Positions 10,113-19,754 of a stretch of 64,000 nucleotides of DNA are shown piece after piece. Where the stretch lies: the IMG/VR virus record IMGVR_UViG_3300044634_004833, positions 90,942-154,941 of that record; one strand, 5' to 3'. The translations under genes and the position numbers were made by a program. The notes below the pieces were generated by a model, which saw only the letters and a program-made list of their open reading frames with translations, was not told the DNA's origin and made no database searches. The DNA comes from a virus. How positions within the stretch are numbered: the first letter of the stretch is position 1; every line of letters starts with the position of its first letter.

Positions 10113-11471
10113 ATGGGGGATTTTATGACTATGATACTTGAATTTGCACAATGGTTAGATATAGACGAAGCTCGTCGTTTCAACATGGGTAGTGTTGGCA
10201 GTGCTGCCGAAGGCAGACAAGCCGGTAGAGATGCAAATGAAATAGTTACATGTATATTAAGTAAAAAACTTGGCACAAGAATTAGAGATTATCCTCCCAG
10301 ATCTACTCAAGATTTAGCTGGAATCGATGCAAAATTTTTGGATGGTGAATTTGCAAATCAAAACTTGCAAATTCAAGCAAGAGCATCTCATGCTGCCCAA
10401 GATGACTTTGCAATATCATTAGCCGTTAAAGAAAAAAATGTAGGCAAATTTCTAGGCAGCAAAATTACAGACATAATAAAGCCAAACCCTAATGCAGAAT
10501 ATTTGACAAAATGGCATCAAAAAACAGCCATTCATGCTTTAATGAGCGCTGATGACAATATGATTTATTTGGCCAAATGGGAAGATCTAGAATCGTTAGC
10601 CATGAAGGCATTTGAAAATTGGGAAAACAATCACAACAATATTATAGCCTTAACGATTTCGTTGCCAAAGCCTGCAAATCAAATGGCTGGAGCTTTAGTT
10701 CCACAAGGACATCAAGAAAAGGACCCAGATAAACTACAAGGCTCTATGAGCATTTCTTTAATAGCTAATGTCGATGGTAAAGACATAGAAGCAAATGCTG
10801 ATTTTAACATATCCTCAGATGTAGATTCCACAATTCAAAGTATAAAAAATGGTTTCGAAAATGTTTTAGGTGAAGGCAGTGTAATTTTCGTCAAGAAAGT
10901 ACCCATGCCTTTTAGACTTAGATATATTGTAAAATTTAAAGAAGGTATTGAAATTGATGGAGACCCAGTTTGGAACAGTATTAAATACGAAAATAATGAG
11001 CCAATTAGAGGACTAAGAATTTATTTCGAAGCTCCTCATGGCAAGTCAGGAACATTTAATACGGAAAGAGATACATTCGTTGATCCAGAAACACATATTA
11101 CTGTAAGATTGACTAGATCAACTCAAGGACCAGATTATAACCAGCAAACAGTTTATAATCCTATGGTGTTCATACCAGCCAAAAGCGTACCAACAAAACA
11201 AATTCCAATAACTCAAGAAGATATTGACCAATGTAAAGAAAAACCAGAAGTTGTAATTGATACTAGAAATGATATGGAAAAGGCTGAAGATGAAGCCAAT
11301 GAAAAAGGCCAAGGAACTGTTAAGATAATGTCTTCGAATCCTAAAAATATAAAAAGTAAACAAGAAGAGATTGAAAAATTTGCTAGAAGAAACAATCTAA
11401 ATGTTTCGTGGCCAGATAAAAAAGATGATAAAAATTTAGGGAATACTGCAATTTACACAAAAAAGGCATAA
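10113..11471 (+). CDS. hypothetical protein with capsid-targeting-like N-terminus; possible PD-(D/E)xK-like N-terminal domain
   Basis: LEFAQWLDIDE; DLAGIDAK..LQIQAR is only a weak nuclease-like pattern. Confidence 0.7.
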   Translation: MGDFMTMILEFAQWLDIDEARRFNMGSVGSAAEGRQAGRDANEIVTCILSKKLGTRIRDYPPRSTQDLAGIDAKFLDGEFANQNLQIQARASHAAQDDFAISLAVKEKNVGKFLGSKITDIIKPNPNAEYLTKWHQKTAIHALMSADDNMIYLAKWEDLESLAMKAFENWENNHNNIIALTISLPKPANQMAGALVPQGHQEKDPDKLQGSMSISLIANVDGKDIEANADFNISSDVDSTIQSIKNGFENVLGEGSVIFVKKVPMPFRLRYIVKFKEGIEIDGDPVWNSIKYENNEPIRGLRIYFEAPHGKSGTFNTERDTFVDPETHITVRLTRSTQGPDYNQQTVYNPMVFIPAKSVPTKQIPITQEDIDQCKEKPEVVIDTRNDMEKAEDEANEKGQGTVKIMSSNPKNIKSKQEEIEKFARRNNLNVSWPDKKDDKNLGNTAIYTKKA

Positions 11472-11472
11472 A

Positions 11473-12024
11473 ATGAAAAGTTTTTTAAAGTGGCTTAATG
11501 AAGAAAATGAAGGTTTGTCTTTTTCTTTTGATCCTATGAAAGCACAAAAGAGCAACGAGCCAAAGTTGAATCCAAGAGTAGAAGAAAAACTAAACAACGC
11601 AGTTTTGGCTCTTACTCCAACTATTCCCGGCGTTCCTTTTGGAAATCTAAAAAGAAGCCAATCATCTCAATACTCTGGCATGACTTATGAAACTAATCTT
11701 GATGATATTCTTAAAACATATGTTGATATGATTCATGATCTCAATAAAGATGTTAAGATGAAAACAGGAAAGCAAAGCCTATTATTAAATTATTTGAGTG
11801 CCAATACGCCAGAAGACTATATGAACAAAATTGAAAACAAAGTGGCTGAATTAGGAAAAGGATATCTACAAGCATTTCAAAGAATTCAAAAATATCATCA
11901 ACTATTTGTTGATATCAAAAATAAGTATGGAGATAAAGCCCCTCAAATTAAGGTGACGATCAGAAAGCATCGTCCAGAAGATGAGCCTTTTGTAGAACAA
12001 AAGAAAAATCCCAGTAGCTTTTAA
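11473..12024 (+). CDS. hypothetical protein with capsid-targeting-like N-terminus
   Basis: MKSFLKWLNEE. Confidence 0.75.
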   Translation: MKSFLKWLNEENEGLSFSFDPMKAQKSNEPKLNPRVEEKLNNAVLALTPTIPGVPFGNLKRSQSSQYSGMTYETNLDDILKTYVDMIHDLNKDVKMKTGKQSLLLNYLSANTPEDYMNKIENKVAELGKGYLQAFQRIQKYHQLFVDIKNKYGDKAPQIKVTIRKHRPEDEPFVEQKKNPSSF

Positions 12025-12032
12025 AACAAAAC

Positions 12033-12042
12033 CCCGTATAAT
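12033..12042 (+). promoter_or_regulatory. class B promoter motif CCCGTATAAT
   Basis: Upstream of the exonuclease. Confidence 0.65.
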
Positions 12043-12068
12043 TAATTCAACCTAATGGGGATTGTACT

Positions 12069-12887
12069 ATGCTTAGGCGTTTGTTCACTGATGGCAACGG
12101 TGTTGATATTTCTGGCAAAACCCTTATTGTTTTTGATGTAGAAACTACAGGTCTAAATCCTGAAAATAAACTCACACAGATAACCACCATTTCTGCTGTT
12201 AAATACAATTCAAATGGAGATAGATTTGGGGACTCTTTTGACGAACATGTTGTTTTAAACAACGATGTAAAAGAAAGACTCGCATTTGAAACAATTTTCC
12301 CTGTGCCAGATAATGAAAATATTAGCCAGTGGATTAAGAAGTCTGGCTGGGATTCAAGTCGGGCTACATTAAATGAATTGCAATCAGTGCAAGCATTTAA
12401 AAATTGGGTAGAGAAGCATGAAAATTATTTATTGGTAGGATACAATGTTAATTTTGATATTAATATGATTAATTATCAATTGGCAAAAGAAAATAGACAA
12501 ATTACAAGCAATTGTTATGATGTAATGGAATTGGCAAAAACCACATTCAGAGCTTTAATTAATACTATGGCTCAAACTGGCAATACAGTTGCACAAAAAT
12601 TCATTACAGATATTTCTGTTAATGAAAAACCATCTTATAAGCTTGAATTGATTGGGCCAGCTTTGGGATTTGCCACAGATAAGTCTCATGAATCTTTGGA
12701 TGATTGCAAACAAACTGGAAGAATTTATTTTGAAATGAGAAAGATTATTAAAAAGAATATTAGAATCATGAAGACACCTGCCTTTATGGAAAATTTTAGG
12801 TCTGCTCTCTTATCTTGGAATTATCAGATGTCCAAAAGCAATCGAAAGCAAGTTAATATTGCTGTCCATGTTCCATCCGCAGTTTAG
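12069..12887 (+). CDS. DEDDh 3'-5' exonuclease (DNA pol III epsilon-like)
   Basis: ExoI VFDVETTGL, ExoII GYNVNFD, ExoIII HESLDDC. Confidence 0.9.
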   Translation: MLRRLFTDGNGVDISGKTLIVFDVETTGLNPENKLTQITTISAVKYNSNGDRFGDSFDEHVVLNNDVKERLAFETIFPVPDNENISQWIKKSGWDSSRATLNELQSVQAFKNWVEKHENYLLVGYNVNFDINMINYQLAKENRQITSNCYDVMELAKTTFRALINTMAQTGNTVAQKFITDISVNEKPSYKLELIGPALGFATDKSHESLDDCKQTGRIYFEMRKIIKKNIRIMKTPAFMENFRSALLSWNYQMSKSNRKQVNIAVHVPSAV

Positions 12888-12908
12888 GAGTTGTATTTAA
12901 CTGGCCAG

Positions 12909-12918
12909 CCCCTATAAT
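12909..12918 (+). promoter_or_regulatory. class B promoter motif CCCCTATAAT
   Basis: 22 nt upstream of tRNA-Arg. Confidence 0.7.
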
Positions 12919-12940
12919 TTAATAGTCAACGAAAGTTAAC

Positions 12941-13014
12941 GCTCCCGTAGCTCAACTGGATAGAGCAACAGATTTCTACTCTGTAGGTTGCTGATTCGAC
13001 TTCAGCCGGGAGCA
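12941..13014 (+). tRNA. tRNA-Arg(UCU), CCA not encoded
   Basis: Acceptor GCTCCCG/CGGGAGC; anticodon arm ACAGA-TTTCTAC-TCTGT; T loop TTCGACT. Confidence 0.93.
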
Positions 13015-13042
13015 TTTTGTATTCTTAAAAAAGGAGATTTAA

Positions 13043-13582
13043 ATGGGCAGATTATATGATTTCACAAATTTTGATGGCGTAAATTTGTTGAATGATGTGT
13101 TTGTTGAAACAGGCACATTTCAAGGTGAAACTCTTGCACAAGCTGTTATTGCTGGATTCAAAGAAGTCCATACTATTGATGTAGTCCAAAAATATTGTGA
13201 TAACGCAAAACTTAGATTTAAAGATTATGAAAATCTTCATTGCCATTGCGGAACCAGTCCTGATATTTTGAGTAAAATATTAGATGGAAAAAAATCAACT
13301 ACTTTTTGGCTAGATGCTCATTATCAAAATAATGCCGATTTTGAGACTTGTGAAAAATATGGTCAATGTCCTGTGCTTGAAGAATTAAAAGTAATTTTTT
13401 CAATTGAGTGGCAAGCAAGAATTGTAATTCTAATAGATGACTCACATATGTTTAGGAATCCTGATCAAAATCGTTTCAAAGTAGAAGAGTGGCCAAAGGA
13501 AGACAAAATATTTTCTATTGTGCCAGAAGGATATACAATTAAAGATATTAATGATATTTTGATTATAACAAGAAAAGATTAA
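13043..13582 (+). CDS. class I SAM-dependent methyltransferase-like protein
   Basis: FVETGTFQG, FWLDAH, ILIDD motifs. Confidence 0.75.
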   Translation: MGRLYDFTNFDGVNLLNDVFVETGTFQGETLAQAVIAGFKEVHTIDVVQKYCDNAKLRFKDYENLHCHCGTSPDILSKILDGKKSTTFWLDAHYQNNADFETCEKYGQCPVLEELKVIFSIEWQARIVILIDDSHMFRNPDQNRFKVEEWPKEDKIFSIVPEGYTIKDINDILIITRKD

Positions 13583-13619
13583 TATTGCTGCTTCTATATT
13601 ATAATTGGAGGTAATTACT

Positions 13620-13865
13620 ATGGCTAAAGGTTTAAAGGGTAATAAGATCAAGGCAAAGCGTATTGCCGATGTGCAAAAGGTGCTAAACCAAGTTGCTCAT
13701 CCTGCTGCTGCAGCCAAGTATAATCATATTCGTGTTCAGTTTGAAGATGGCAAAGAAGCTCATCTTCTTTTCACTGATGGCGAAATGGAGAAGGCTTTAG
13801 CTAGAGCAAAGAAGAATCCAGAAGATTGTCCAAATGTTTCTGTTTTCCGTGATATTTTTGATTGA
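13620..13865 (+). CDS. small basic hypothetical protein
   Basis: SD GGAGGT; ATG 13620. Confidence 0.75.
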   Translation: MAKGLKGNKIKAKRIADVQKVLNQVAHPAAAAKYNHIRVQFEDGKEAHLLFTDGEMEKALARAKKNPEDCPNVSVFRDIFD

Positions 13866-13887
13866 TTGATACTTATTTAAATTTACT

Positions 13888-14091
13888 ATGACACCAGAAC
13901 TACTTTTATCAGATAAGTTTGTTGAATTTTCACAAAAAATCTCTGCTCTTCATGAATCGAAGAAAAAGATCAGTACAGAATTAAAGAAGGTTGTTGAAGA
14001 GGGCAAGGCTAATCTCAAGAAGATTGACGATGAAGCCACTGTTTTAACAGCTGAATTTGAAACTTGGCAAAAAGAACAGGTCAAGAAGTAA
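13888..14091 (+). CDS. small coiled-coil hypothetical protein
   Basis: 67 aa; TAATG overlap with the next gene. Confidence 0.65.
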   Translation: MTPELLLSDKFVEFSQKISALHESKKKISTELKKVVEEGKANLKKIDDEATVLTAEFETWQKEQVKK

Positions 14092-14732
14092 TGGTATTGA
14101 ATCCTTTAAAGAGTCATCCATCTATAAAGATGGATGACTTATCTGTTAATTTAAACAAAGGTTGGGCATACCAAGCTTTGCCTGGATATATTGAGTATGA
14201 TAAAGAATACTGGGAAAAATATATTGTATATGAAACAAATGATATTTGCAAGAAGCTAAATGATTTCAGGTGTTCTATAACAGAAAAATATTGTACAAAT
14301 GTATTAGACGTTGGGATAGGAAGTGGAATATTTTTAAAGAATTTAAATATTAATAAAAAAGGTTTTGATGTTAATAAACATGCAGTAGAATGGTTGAAAA
14401 ATAATAATTTATATCATAACCCTTATGAAGAAAAAAATGATTTTGATGGTTTTTGTTTTTGGGATGTTTTAGAGCATTTTGAAAATCCAAATGATATTTT
14501 ATGTAAAATTCCAAAAAATAGTTATGTTATAACTTCTTTGCCAATATTTAACGATATAACAAAAGTTCATTTATCAAAACATTATAGACCAAATGAACAC
14601 TTATGTTATTTTACTTCTGATGGATTAATAAATTTCTTTTCAGAATTGTTATTTGATTGTGTTGAAATAAGAAGCGATGAAATAAAAATCGGCAGGCAAG
14701 ATGTTTTAGCTTTTGTTTTTAAAAAATCTTAA
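14091..14732 (+). CDS. class I SAM-dependent methyltransferase
   Basis: VLDVGIGSG, GFDVN, WDVLEHFENP. Confidence 0.85.
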   Translation: MVLNPLKSHPSIKMDDLSVNLNKGWAYQALPGYIEYDKEYWEKYIVYETNDICKKLNDFRCSITEKYCTNVLDVGIGSGIFLKNLNINKKGFDVNKHAVEWLKNNNLYHNPYEEKNDFDGFCFWDVLEHFENPNDILCKIPKNSYVITSLPIFNDITKVHLSKHYRPNEHLCYFTSDGLINFFSELLFDCVEIRSDEIKIGRQDVLAFVFKKS

Positions 14733-15733
14733 ATTTCAAAAGCAAATGAATCACACAAGTTTGAATAAAATAGATCTGGTTTGTTGCAAAATGGATAGTA
14801 ACATCTTTTATTATCGAATAAATGACCATTTGTCGATTTTATTTTAATATTTTCTTTTGAAAATTTTTGTCCAGCTATAACAGATAAGCATGAATCAACT
14901 CCAATATAACCAGAAGATTTTTTTACTATTTCTATGCTTTCCTCTATATTTGAATCTTTTATGTGCAATATATTTGGATGAGGGTTTTTACAGTTACAAA
15001 AAACACAAACTAAATAAGTGCTTTTAGATTTGCATAAGTTATAAACACAATTTATTTCTTCTTCAGACATTTGTCTATTTTGCAGGTCTCTGTTTGGGTC
15101 TCTATTGCTAACTGTGACCATGCTTACATAAAACTGTGGCAAATTAAATTTTTTAATATCTACATTATTGTTAGACATTAGAGAAGAATATTTTGGTGTT
15201 ATTTCATTCTTATGTATTCTTGGAAAAACTTCGGCAATGCTAAAGTCTACCGTCTTGAAAGTTTTGTTTTTTATATAAGGATTATTTGTTGCAACTAAAT
15301 AGTCTTTTAATTGTGGCCAGTTGTCGAAGTGGTATCTATCTTCTGGAAATTTATTAAACAAATTAATTACATTTAAATTTGGATAGCATAACTTAATAAG
15401 TTTTGTAATTTCATTTGCACCTCTTGTAGCTAAAACAACTTGATTCAAACTTTCTATTTTGTCTGCAAATAAGTGAGATTCTACAGAGATAAAGTCTCCT
15501 ATTCCGCCAGTTATTATAGCATCATATTTTATTGCCCTATCAAACCAATTATTATTTGGTATTTTTGGAGCTTCAAAAATTTTGTTGCTTGTTTTATGAA
15601 CTCTTTGGTTGTCTATTGTTTTTATTTTATCATTACGCCAATTAATATTAGATGTTGGTACGCTGCCTCCTCGTCTTTCGATAGACTTGCGTACTAAATC
15701 TTGTATTTTTATTGTTTTATTGTTTTCCATCAA
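14729..15733 (-). CDS. GT-B glycosyltransferase-like (GT9-like)
   Basis: GGIGD and YIGVDS motifs. Confidence 0.6.
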   Translation of the reverse strand: MMENNKTIKIQDLVRKSIERRGGSVPTSNINWRNDKIKTIDNQRVHKTSNKIFEAPKIPNNNWFDRAIKYDAIITGGIGDFISVESHLFADKIESLNQVVLATRGANEITKLIKLCYPNLNVINLFNKFPEDRYHFDNWPQLKDYLVATNNPYIKNKTFKTVDFSIAEVFPRIHKNEITPKYSSLMSNNNVDIKKFNLPQFYVSMVTVSNRDPNRDLQNRQMSEEEINCVYNLCKSKSTYLVCVFCNCKNPHPNILHIKDSNIEESIEIVKKSSGYIGVDSCLSVIAGQKFSKENIKIKSTNGHLFDNKRCYYPFCNKPDLFYSNLCDSFAFEI

Positions 15734-16044
15734 GAGTTAATATATTTTTGTCTTAGTTCTTCTGCAAGTTCTTCAGCAATTGCTGCATTCACGTTTCTTC
15801 TTGTCAATTCTTTTATTAGATTTTTTTCTATGAACAGCTTATATGCTAAACCTTTTCTTTTGGCACTTTTCTTAATAAAATCTTGTCCTTTTTTGCATTC
15901 CTGTAATATTCTGAAAGCACCTATGCATATTGAAATTATCATAAGAATTGTAAATGGGTCAAAACCAATAGCATCATCAAATTTGTCGTGTACTATTTTT
16001 GATATATCTTTTTCATTCATAGTTGTCTCCATTTTTGTTTCCAT
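15730..16044 (-). CDS. small membrane protein
   Basis: One hydrophobic segment FTILMIISICIGAF. Confidence 0.65.
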   Translation of the reverse strand: METKMETTMNEKDISKIVHDKFDDAIGFDPFTILMIISICIGAFRILQECKKGQDFIKKSAKRKGLAYKLFIEKNLIKELTRRNVNAAIAEELAEELRQKYINS

Positions 16045-16061
16045 ACTATATAGGTTTGTAT

Positions 16062-16096
16062 AAAAAAAAAGAGTCTGGTTGCCCAGACTCTTTTTT
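16062..16096. terminator. bidirectional rho-independent terminator
   Basis: A9-GAGTCTGG-ttgc-CCAGACTC-T6. Confidence 0.85.
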
Positions 16097-16113
16097 GTTT
16101 CGTTAAGTATAAA

Positions 16114-16386
16114 TCATGTGCTTGATACAACGCCAATAACGTCTGTTATGGTTTGAAGTGTGTCGGTGAATTCAGCACCGTCAGCCATTTCTGTAACCTT
16201 AACATCTTGACCAACGCCACCAGCGGCGGTTGTCATATAACCTGTTCTCTGAGCAGAGACAGGGATTGTGGCGGGTTGGCCAGCAGCAGTGTTTGGATTG
16301 GTGATGTAAGTAACGCTTGTGTCCAAGGATCCCTCGTCAGCCAAGTTTCTGGCTTCTGGAGTTAGCCTTAATTGATAAGTTGCCAT
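16114..16386 (-). CDS. small Thr/Ala/Gly-rich protein, likely virion structural
   Basis: SD AGGAG; TATAAATA at 16442-16449 (-); own terminator. Confidence 0.7.
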   Translation of the reverse strand: MATYQLRLTPEARNLADEGSLDTSVTYITNPNTAAGQPATIPVSAQRTGYMTTAAGGVGQDVKVTEMADGAEFTDTLQTITDVIGVVSST

Positions 16387-16510
16387 AATTTTCTCCTATA
16401 AAAAAAGGTCATGCATGCCTCTATTAGGCACAGTTATATATTATTTATATACTTTCTTTTCATTTTATATACAATTTTTTTATACCAATTGGTTGTTTGC
16501 CGTGGGTAGC

Positions 16511-16520
16511 CCCCTACAAT
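16511..16520 (+). promoter_or_regulatory. class B promoter variant CCCCTACAAT
   Basis: Upstream of ATG 16566. Confidence 0.55.
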
Positions 16521-16565
16521 TTGAAGTGTCAGGCCGAAAGTAAAGTTATGAAAGGAAGGCAAATC

Positions 16566-16904
16566 ATGAAAAATGAAAAAGAAGTTTTGTGGGATGAAAT
16601 TGATATTGGCACCCATCCATACAGTGAAATAGGTGTTGCAACTACAGATGCTGATTATCTTACAAAAGCCAAACAGGAAGCAGTCGCTTTTCGTCGCCAA
16701 CTTATTCGTAAGTTTGGCAAGAGGGAAGATGCTGAATTCTTGGTACGCAAAATTAAGCAGCCTGACAACATTTATTACAATGTTGTTTTGACTTATCAGA
16801 TCAACGACTTTGATTCATCTAACTTTGCATTTATTCAAGTGGAAGAATCTATTCCAGACCATTGGGATGATATGGCTAAAAAGGAATTAGCTCAAGTTAA
16901 ATAG
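16566..16904 (+). CDS. hypothetical phage protein
   Basis: SD AAGGAAGG; ATG 16566. Confidence 0.7.
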   Translation: MKNEKEVLWDEIDIGTHPYSEIGVATTDADYLTKAKQEAVAFRRQLIRKFGKREDAEFLVRKIKQPDNIYYNVVLTYQINDFDSSNFAFIQVEESIPDHWDDMAKKELAQVK

Positions 16905-16923
16905 ACAAACCCGCTAAACTACG

Positions 16924-16931
16924 CATATATA
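16924..16931 (+). promoter_or_regulatory. late-like promoter CATATATA
   Basis: 4 nt before ATG 16936. Confidence 0.55.
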
Positions 16932-16935
16932 CAGT

Positions 16936-17670
16936 ATGCGTAGTTTATTTGATTTTTATGAAAGCAAAAAGTCTACTCTTGAGTACCATGAGACTCTTAA
17001 TCCAAAACTATGGATCGGAGAGAAGCTTAAACCTCAAATTAGACAAAAACTTCTTGAAATAGCTAATTTTTGGGCAGAGCATGCTTTAATTCCTGAAGAT
17101 GCAATACAGGATATAACATTGGTAGGCGGAAATGCCAATTTTAATTATACAGATTTGTCAGATGTTGATTTGCACCTCTTAATAGACAAATCAAAAATAG
17201 CAGAATGCGAAGATAAAATACTAGATGAATATCTAAAAGATAAAAAAGCTATATGGGGTCTTACTCATGACCTTCAGATTTATGGCATACCTGTAGAGAT
17301 ATATGCACAGGACATTTCTGAAAAGACAAGCAAAGACCAAGGGGTTTTTTCAGTAAAAAACAACAAATGGGTTAGCAAACCAACATATAAAAGAATTAAT
17401 ATAAACGATCCTATTATTCAAAAAAAAGCAAGATCTATAGAAAATGTTATTAATTATTTTATGCAAAATAAAGTAGATAATCTTCAATTGTTAAATAATT
17501 TTAAAGATAAAGTAAGAAACATGAGAGGCACTGCCATTAAAAGAGGTGGTGAATTTAGTGTTGAAAATTTAGCATTCAAAGAATTAAGAAATAAAGGTCT
17601 GCTTGATAAATTTACTAATTATATTGTAAGCATCGAAGATAAGAAACTTAGTTTGGGGGAAAATGATTAA
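16936..17670 (+). CDS. pol-beta-superfamily nucleotidyltransferase (T4-like phage family)
   Basis: LVGGNANFNY..SDVDLHL (G[GS]..DxD); third acidic residue in PVEIY. Confidence 0.8.
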   Translation: MRSLFDFYESKKSTLEYHETLNPKLWIGEKLKPQIRQKLLEIANFWAEHALIPEDAIQDITLVGGNANFNYTDLSDVDLHLLIDKSKIAECEDKILDEYLKDKKAIWGLTHDLQIYGIPVEIYAQDISEKTSKDQGVFSVKNNKWVSKPTYKRININDPIIQKKARSIENVINYFMQNKVDNLQLLNNFKDKVRNMRGTAIKRGGEFSVENLAFKELRNKGLLDKFTNYIVSIEDKKLSLGEND

Positions 17671-17902
17671 ATTCAATGATTGGATACACACAAGAGAATC
17701 AAGTGCCTCGACCAGAAACAAATGGATGGCTGCTTTAGGTCTTCAGCCAATGTATTCAGCAGATGTGTTTGGACATGCAACTCCAAGACCTTGGGTTGCA
17801 GAAAAACTACTTAAAAATTTAAAGAAGAAAAAGAAGAAGAAGAAGAAGAAATCTAAACACAAAAAGCACAAAACCTTTAAGGAGTTTTTGGAAAACAAAT
17901 AG
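17663..17902 (+). CDS. small poly-Lys protein with targeting-like motifs at both ends
   Basis: MIKFNDWI...K10 run...KTFKEFLENK. Confidence 0.65.
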   Translation: MIKFNDWIHTRESSASTRNKWMAALGLQPMYSADVFGHATPRPWVAEKLLKNLKKKKKKKKKKSKHKKHKTFKEFLENK

Positions 17903-17923
17903 GCATCGTTATAATTATTCATA

Positions 17924-18274
17924 ATGATTTTTAAAGAATGCCGCAACTGCAAAGAACAAAGAATACTAGAAGATTTTCCTCTTTTTTCAACTAAAGAAGC
18001 TGGAAGAAAAAATACCTGCAAAATTTGTACTTATAAACTAAGTGAGATCAGACGGCATCTAAAAATTACAAATCCTCCACCGCCTCCCGGCAACTGTCCG
18101 ATTTGTAATTTCTTTACTGATTCATGGATACTTGATCATTGTCATTTTTCAAATGCTTTTCGTGGATACATATGTAATTCTTGCAACCTTGGTCTTGGTA
18201 GATTTAATGATGATATTGATATTTTGAGAAAAGCAATTGATTACCTTGGCAGGCAGACCACTCCTGTTCCTTAA
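17924..18274 (+). CDS. endonuclease VII-family HNH nuclease
   Basis: CxxC pairs; LDHCH..RGYICNSCNLGLG..D..L.KAIDYL. Confidence 0.9.
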   Translation: MIFKECRNCKEQRILEDFPLFSTKEAGRKNTCKICTYKLSEIRRHLKITNPPPPPGNCPICNFFTDSWILDHCHFSNAFRGYICNSCNLGLGRFNDDIDILRKAIDYLGRQTTPVP

Positions 18275-18277
18275 TCC

Positions 18278-18520
18278 TTAGTCTTTTCTAATGCCTTGTA
18301 CTTTTGGATTGGAATCCATTTTTTTTATTATGTTCAAAGCTTTCCAAGGAGCCTTTTTGGAAAGATTCTTTAACCTAACATGGTCTTTAGCATCAATTGT
18401 ATAAGTATAAAGTCTATCCCCTATGTAAACCATTACACGGCCATCGCTGAACCAGCCAGCATATTTAATTTGTTTTTCATCGGCTTCAAAAAGCCATTGT
18501 TTAAATTGTAATTGACTCAT
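18278..18520 (-). CDS. small protein with capsid-targeting-like N-terminus
   Basis: MSQLQFKQWLFEA; AATATATA 5 nt upstream. Confidence 0.7.
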   Translation of the reverse strand: MSQLQFKQWLFEADEKQIKYAGWFSDGRVMVYIGDRLYTYTIDAKDHVRLKNLSKKAPWKALNIIKKMDSNPKVQGIRKD

Positions 18521-18601
18521 TGTTGTATATATTTGAATTTGCCTATTATTTTTGTTGACTCATTGTCGATTTGTTGGCATGATAATAACAAGGGGAAATA
18601 T

Positions 18602-19630
18602 ATGCTTATTGACAAGCCTTCATTACAATTTAAACAAAACAAACACACAACCTATGTTGGCGATTCTTTGCAATTTTTAAAAGCACTTCCAGAAGACCCT
18701 ATTTTCAATCTTATCTTCACCTCCCCTCCGTACAATCTTGGCAAGACCTATGAAGATAAAGTTGAAATTGGAGAATATTTAAAGCTAATAATTCCTATTT
18801 TAGAAGAATCATTTAAAAGACTTGCTCCAGATGGCTCGTTGATTCTTCAGGTAGGCAATTATATTACATCTGGAAAGACTAGAGTTCCACTTGACTACAT
18901 ATTCTTTCCATGCTTAAGCCAATTAGGATTTATATTTCAACAAAGAATCATATGGCATTATCGACATGGCCTTCATGGTAAAAATAGATTTGATGGAAGA
19001 CATGAAGCTGCTATGTGGTTCACCAAGAACGAAGACTATAAGTTCAATATTGATCCTGTAAGAGTTCCACAACTTTATCCCAATTACAAGAACAAAGGTG
19101 TTAAAACAGCAAACCCTATGGGTAAGAACCCTAGTGATACTTGGGAAATGGAAGCCCCAGAACTTATGACGGCAGATTTCATTGATAACATTCCTAATGT
19201 TAAGAAGAACCATTGTGAAAAAGTTGATCTTGTAAACCCTGTTTCAGCAGATGAAACCCATCCTTGCCAGTTCCCTGTAGGTCTGGCAGAACGATTCATT
19301 TTGTCAATGACAGACAAAGGCGACGTTGTTTTCGACCCATTTGCAGGAGTTGGATCCTGTGGGGTTGCAGCAGTTATGAACGAAAGAATTTATCTTGGTT
19401 GCGACTTAATTGAACGATATGGACTAACTGCCGACCAAAGAATAGAAGATCATCTTCAAGGAAAGAGGAAGTACAGGCCTCATAACGCTAAGATTCCCGA
19501 TCCTGCCAATAGTAGTTGTGGCCCTAATCCCAAACCCAAGAAATCAGACCATAAACAAGCGCAAAAGCCAACCTCTGCCTCGTTTGATTGGTCAAGCATC
19601 CAAATAAATTTGAACGATTTAGTCAAGTAG
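18602..19630 (+). CDS. beta-class N4-C/N6-A DNA methyltransferase (M.BglII-like)
   Basis: TSPPYN before DPFAGVGS; WHYRHGLH..RFDGRHE; HPCQFP. Confidence 0.92.
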   Translation: MLIDKPSLQFKQNKHTTYVGDSLQFLKALPEDPIFNLIFTSPPYNLGKTYEDKVEIGEYLKLIIPILEESFKRLAPDGSLILQVGNYITSGKTRVPLDYIFFPCLSQLGFIFQQRIIWHYRHGLHGKNRFDGRHEAAMWFTKNEDYKFNIDPVRVPQLYPNYKNKGVKTANPMGKNPSDTWEMEAPELMTADFIDNIPNVKKNHCEKVDLVNPVSADETHPCQFPVGLAERFILSMTDKGDVVFDPFAGVGSCGVAAVMNERIYLGCDLIERYGLTADQRIEDHLQGKRKYRPHNAKIPDPANSSCGPNPKPKKSDHKQAQKPTSASFDWSSIQINLNDLVK

Positions 19631-19684
19631 GTTGTTTTTTTTGTAGTCCTCCCTAAAACTATATTGTGGGCAGGGAAAGACCCC

Positions 19685-19711
19685 CTGCGATAAGTTTTTC
19701 AAATACTCTAG
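19685..19711 (+). promoter_or_regulatory. class A motif CTGCGATAA-N14-CTAG
   Basis: Exact spacing; upstream of MTase 2. Confidence 0.75.
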
Positions 19712-19754
19712 TGGCCGGGAAGCCATTAACTAAAGTATGGAAGGAGGTGCAGCG

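Noticed and set aside
17924-18274. EndoVII nuclease as part of the RM-like operon
   Set aside because: It is separated from the MTases by an opposite-strand gene and looks like a common free-standing phage nuclease.
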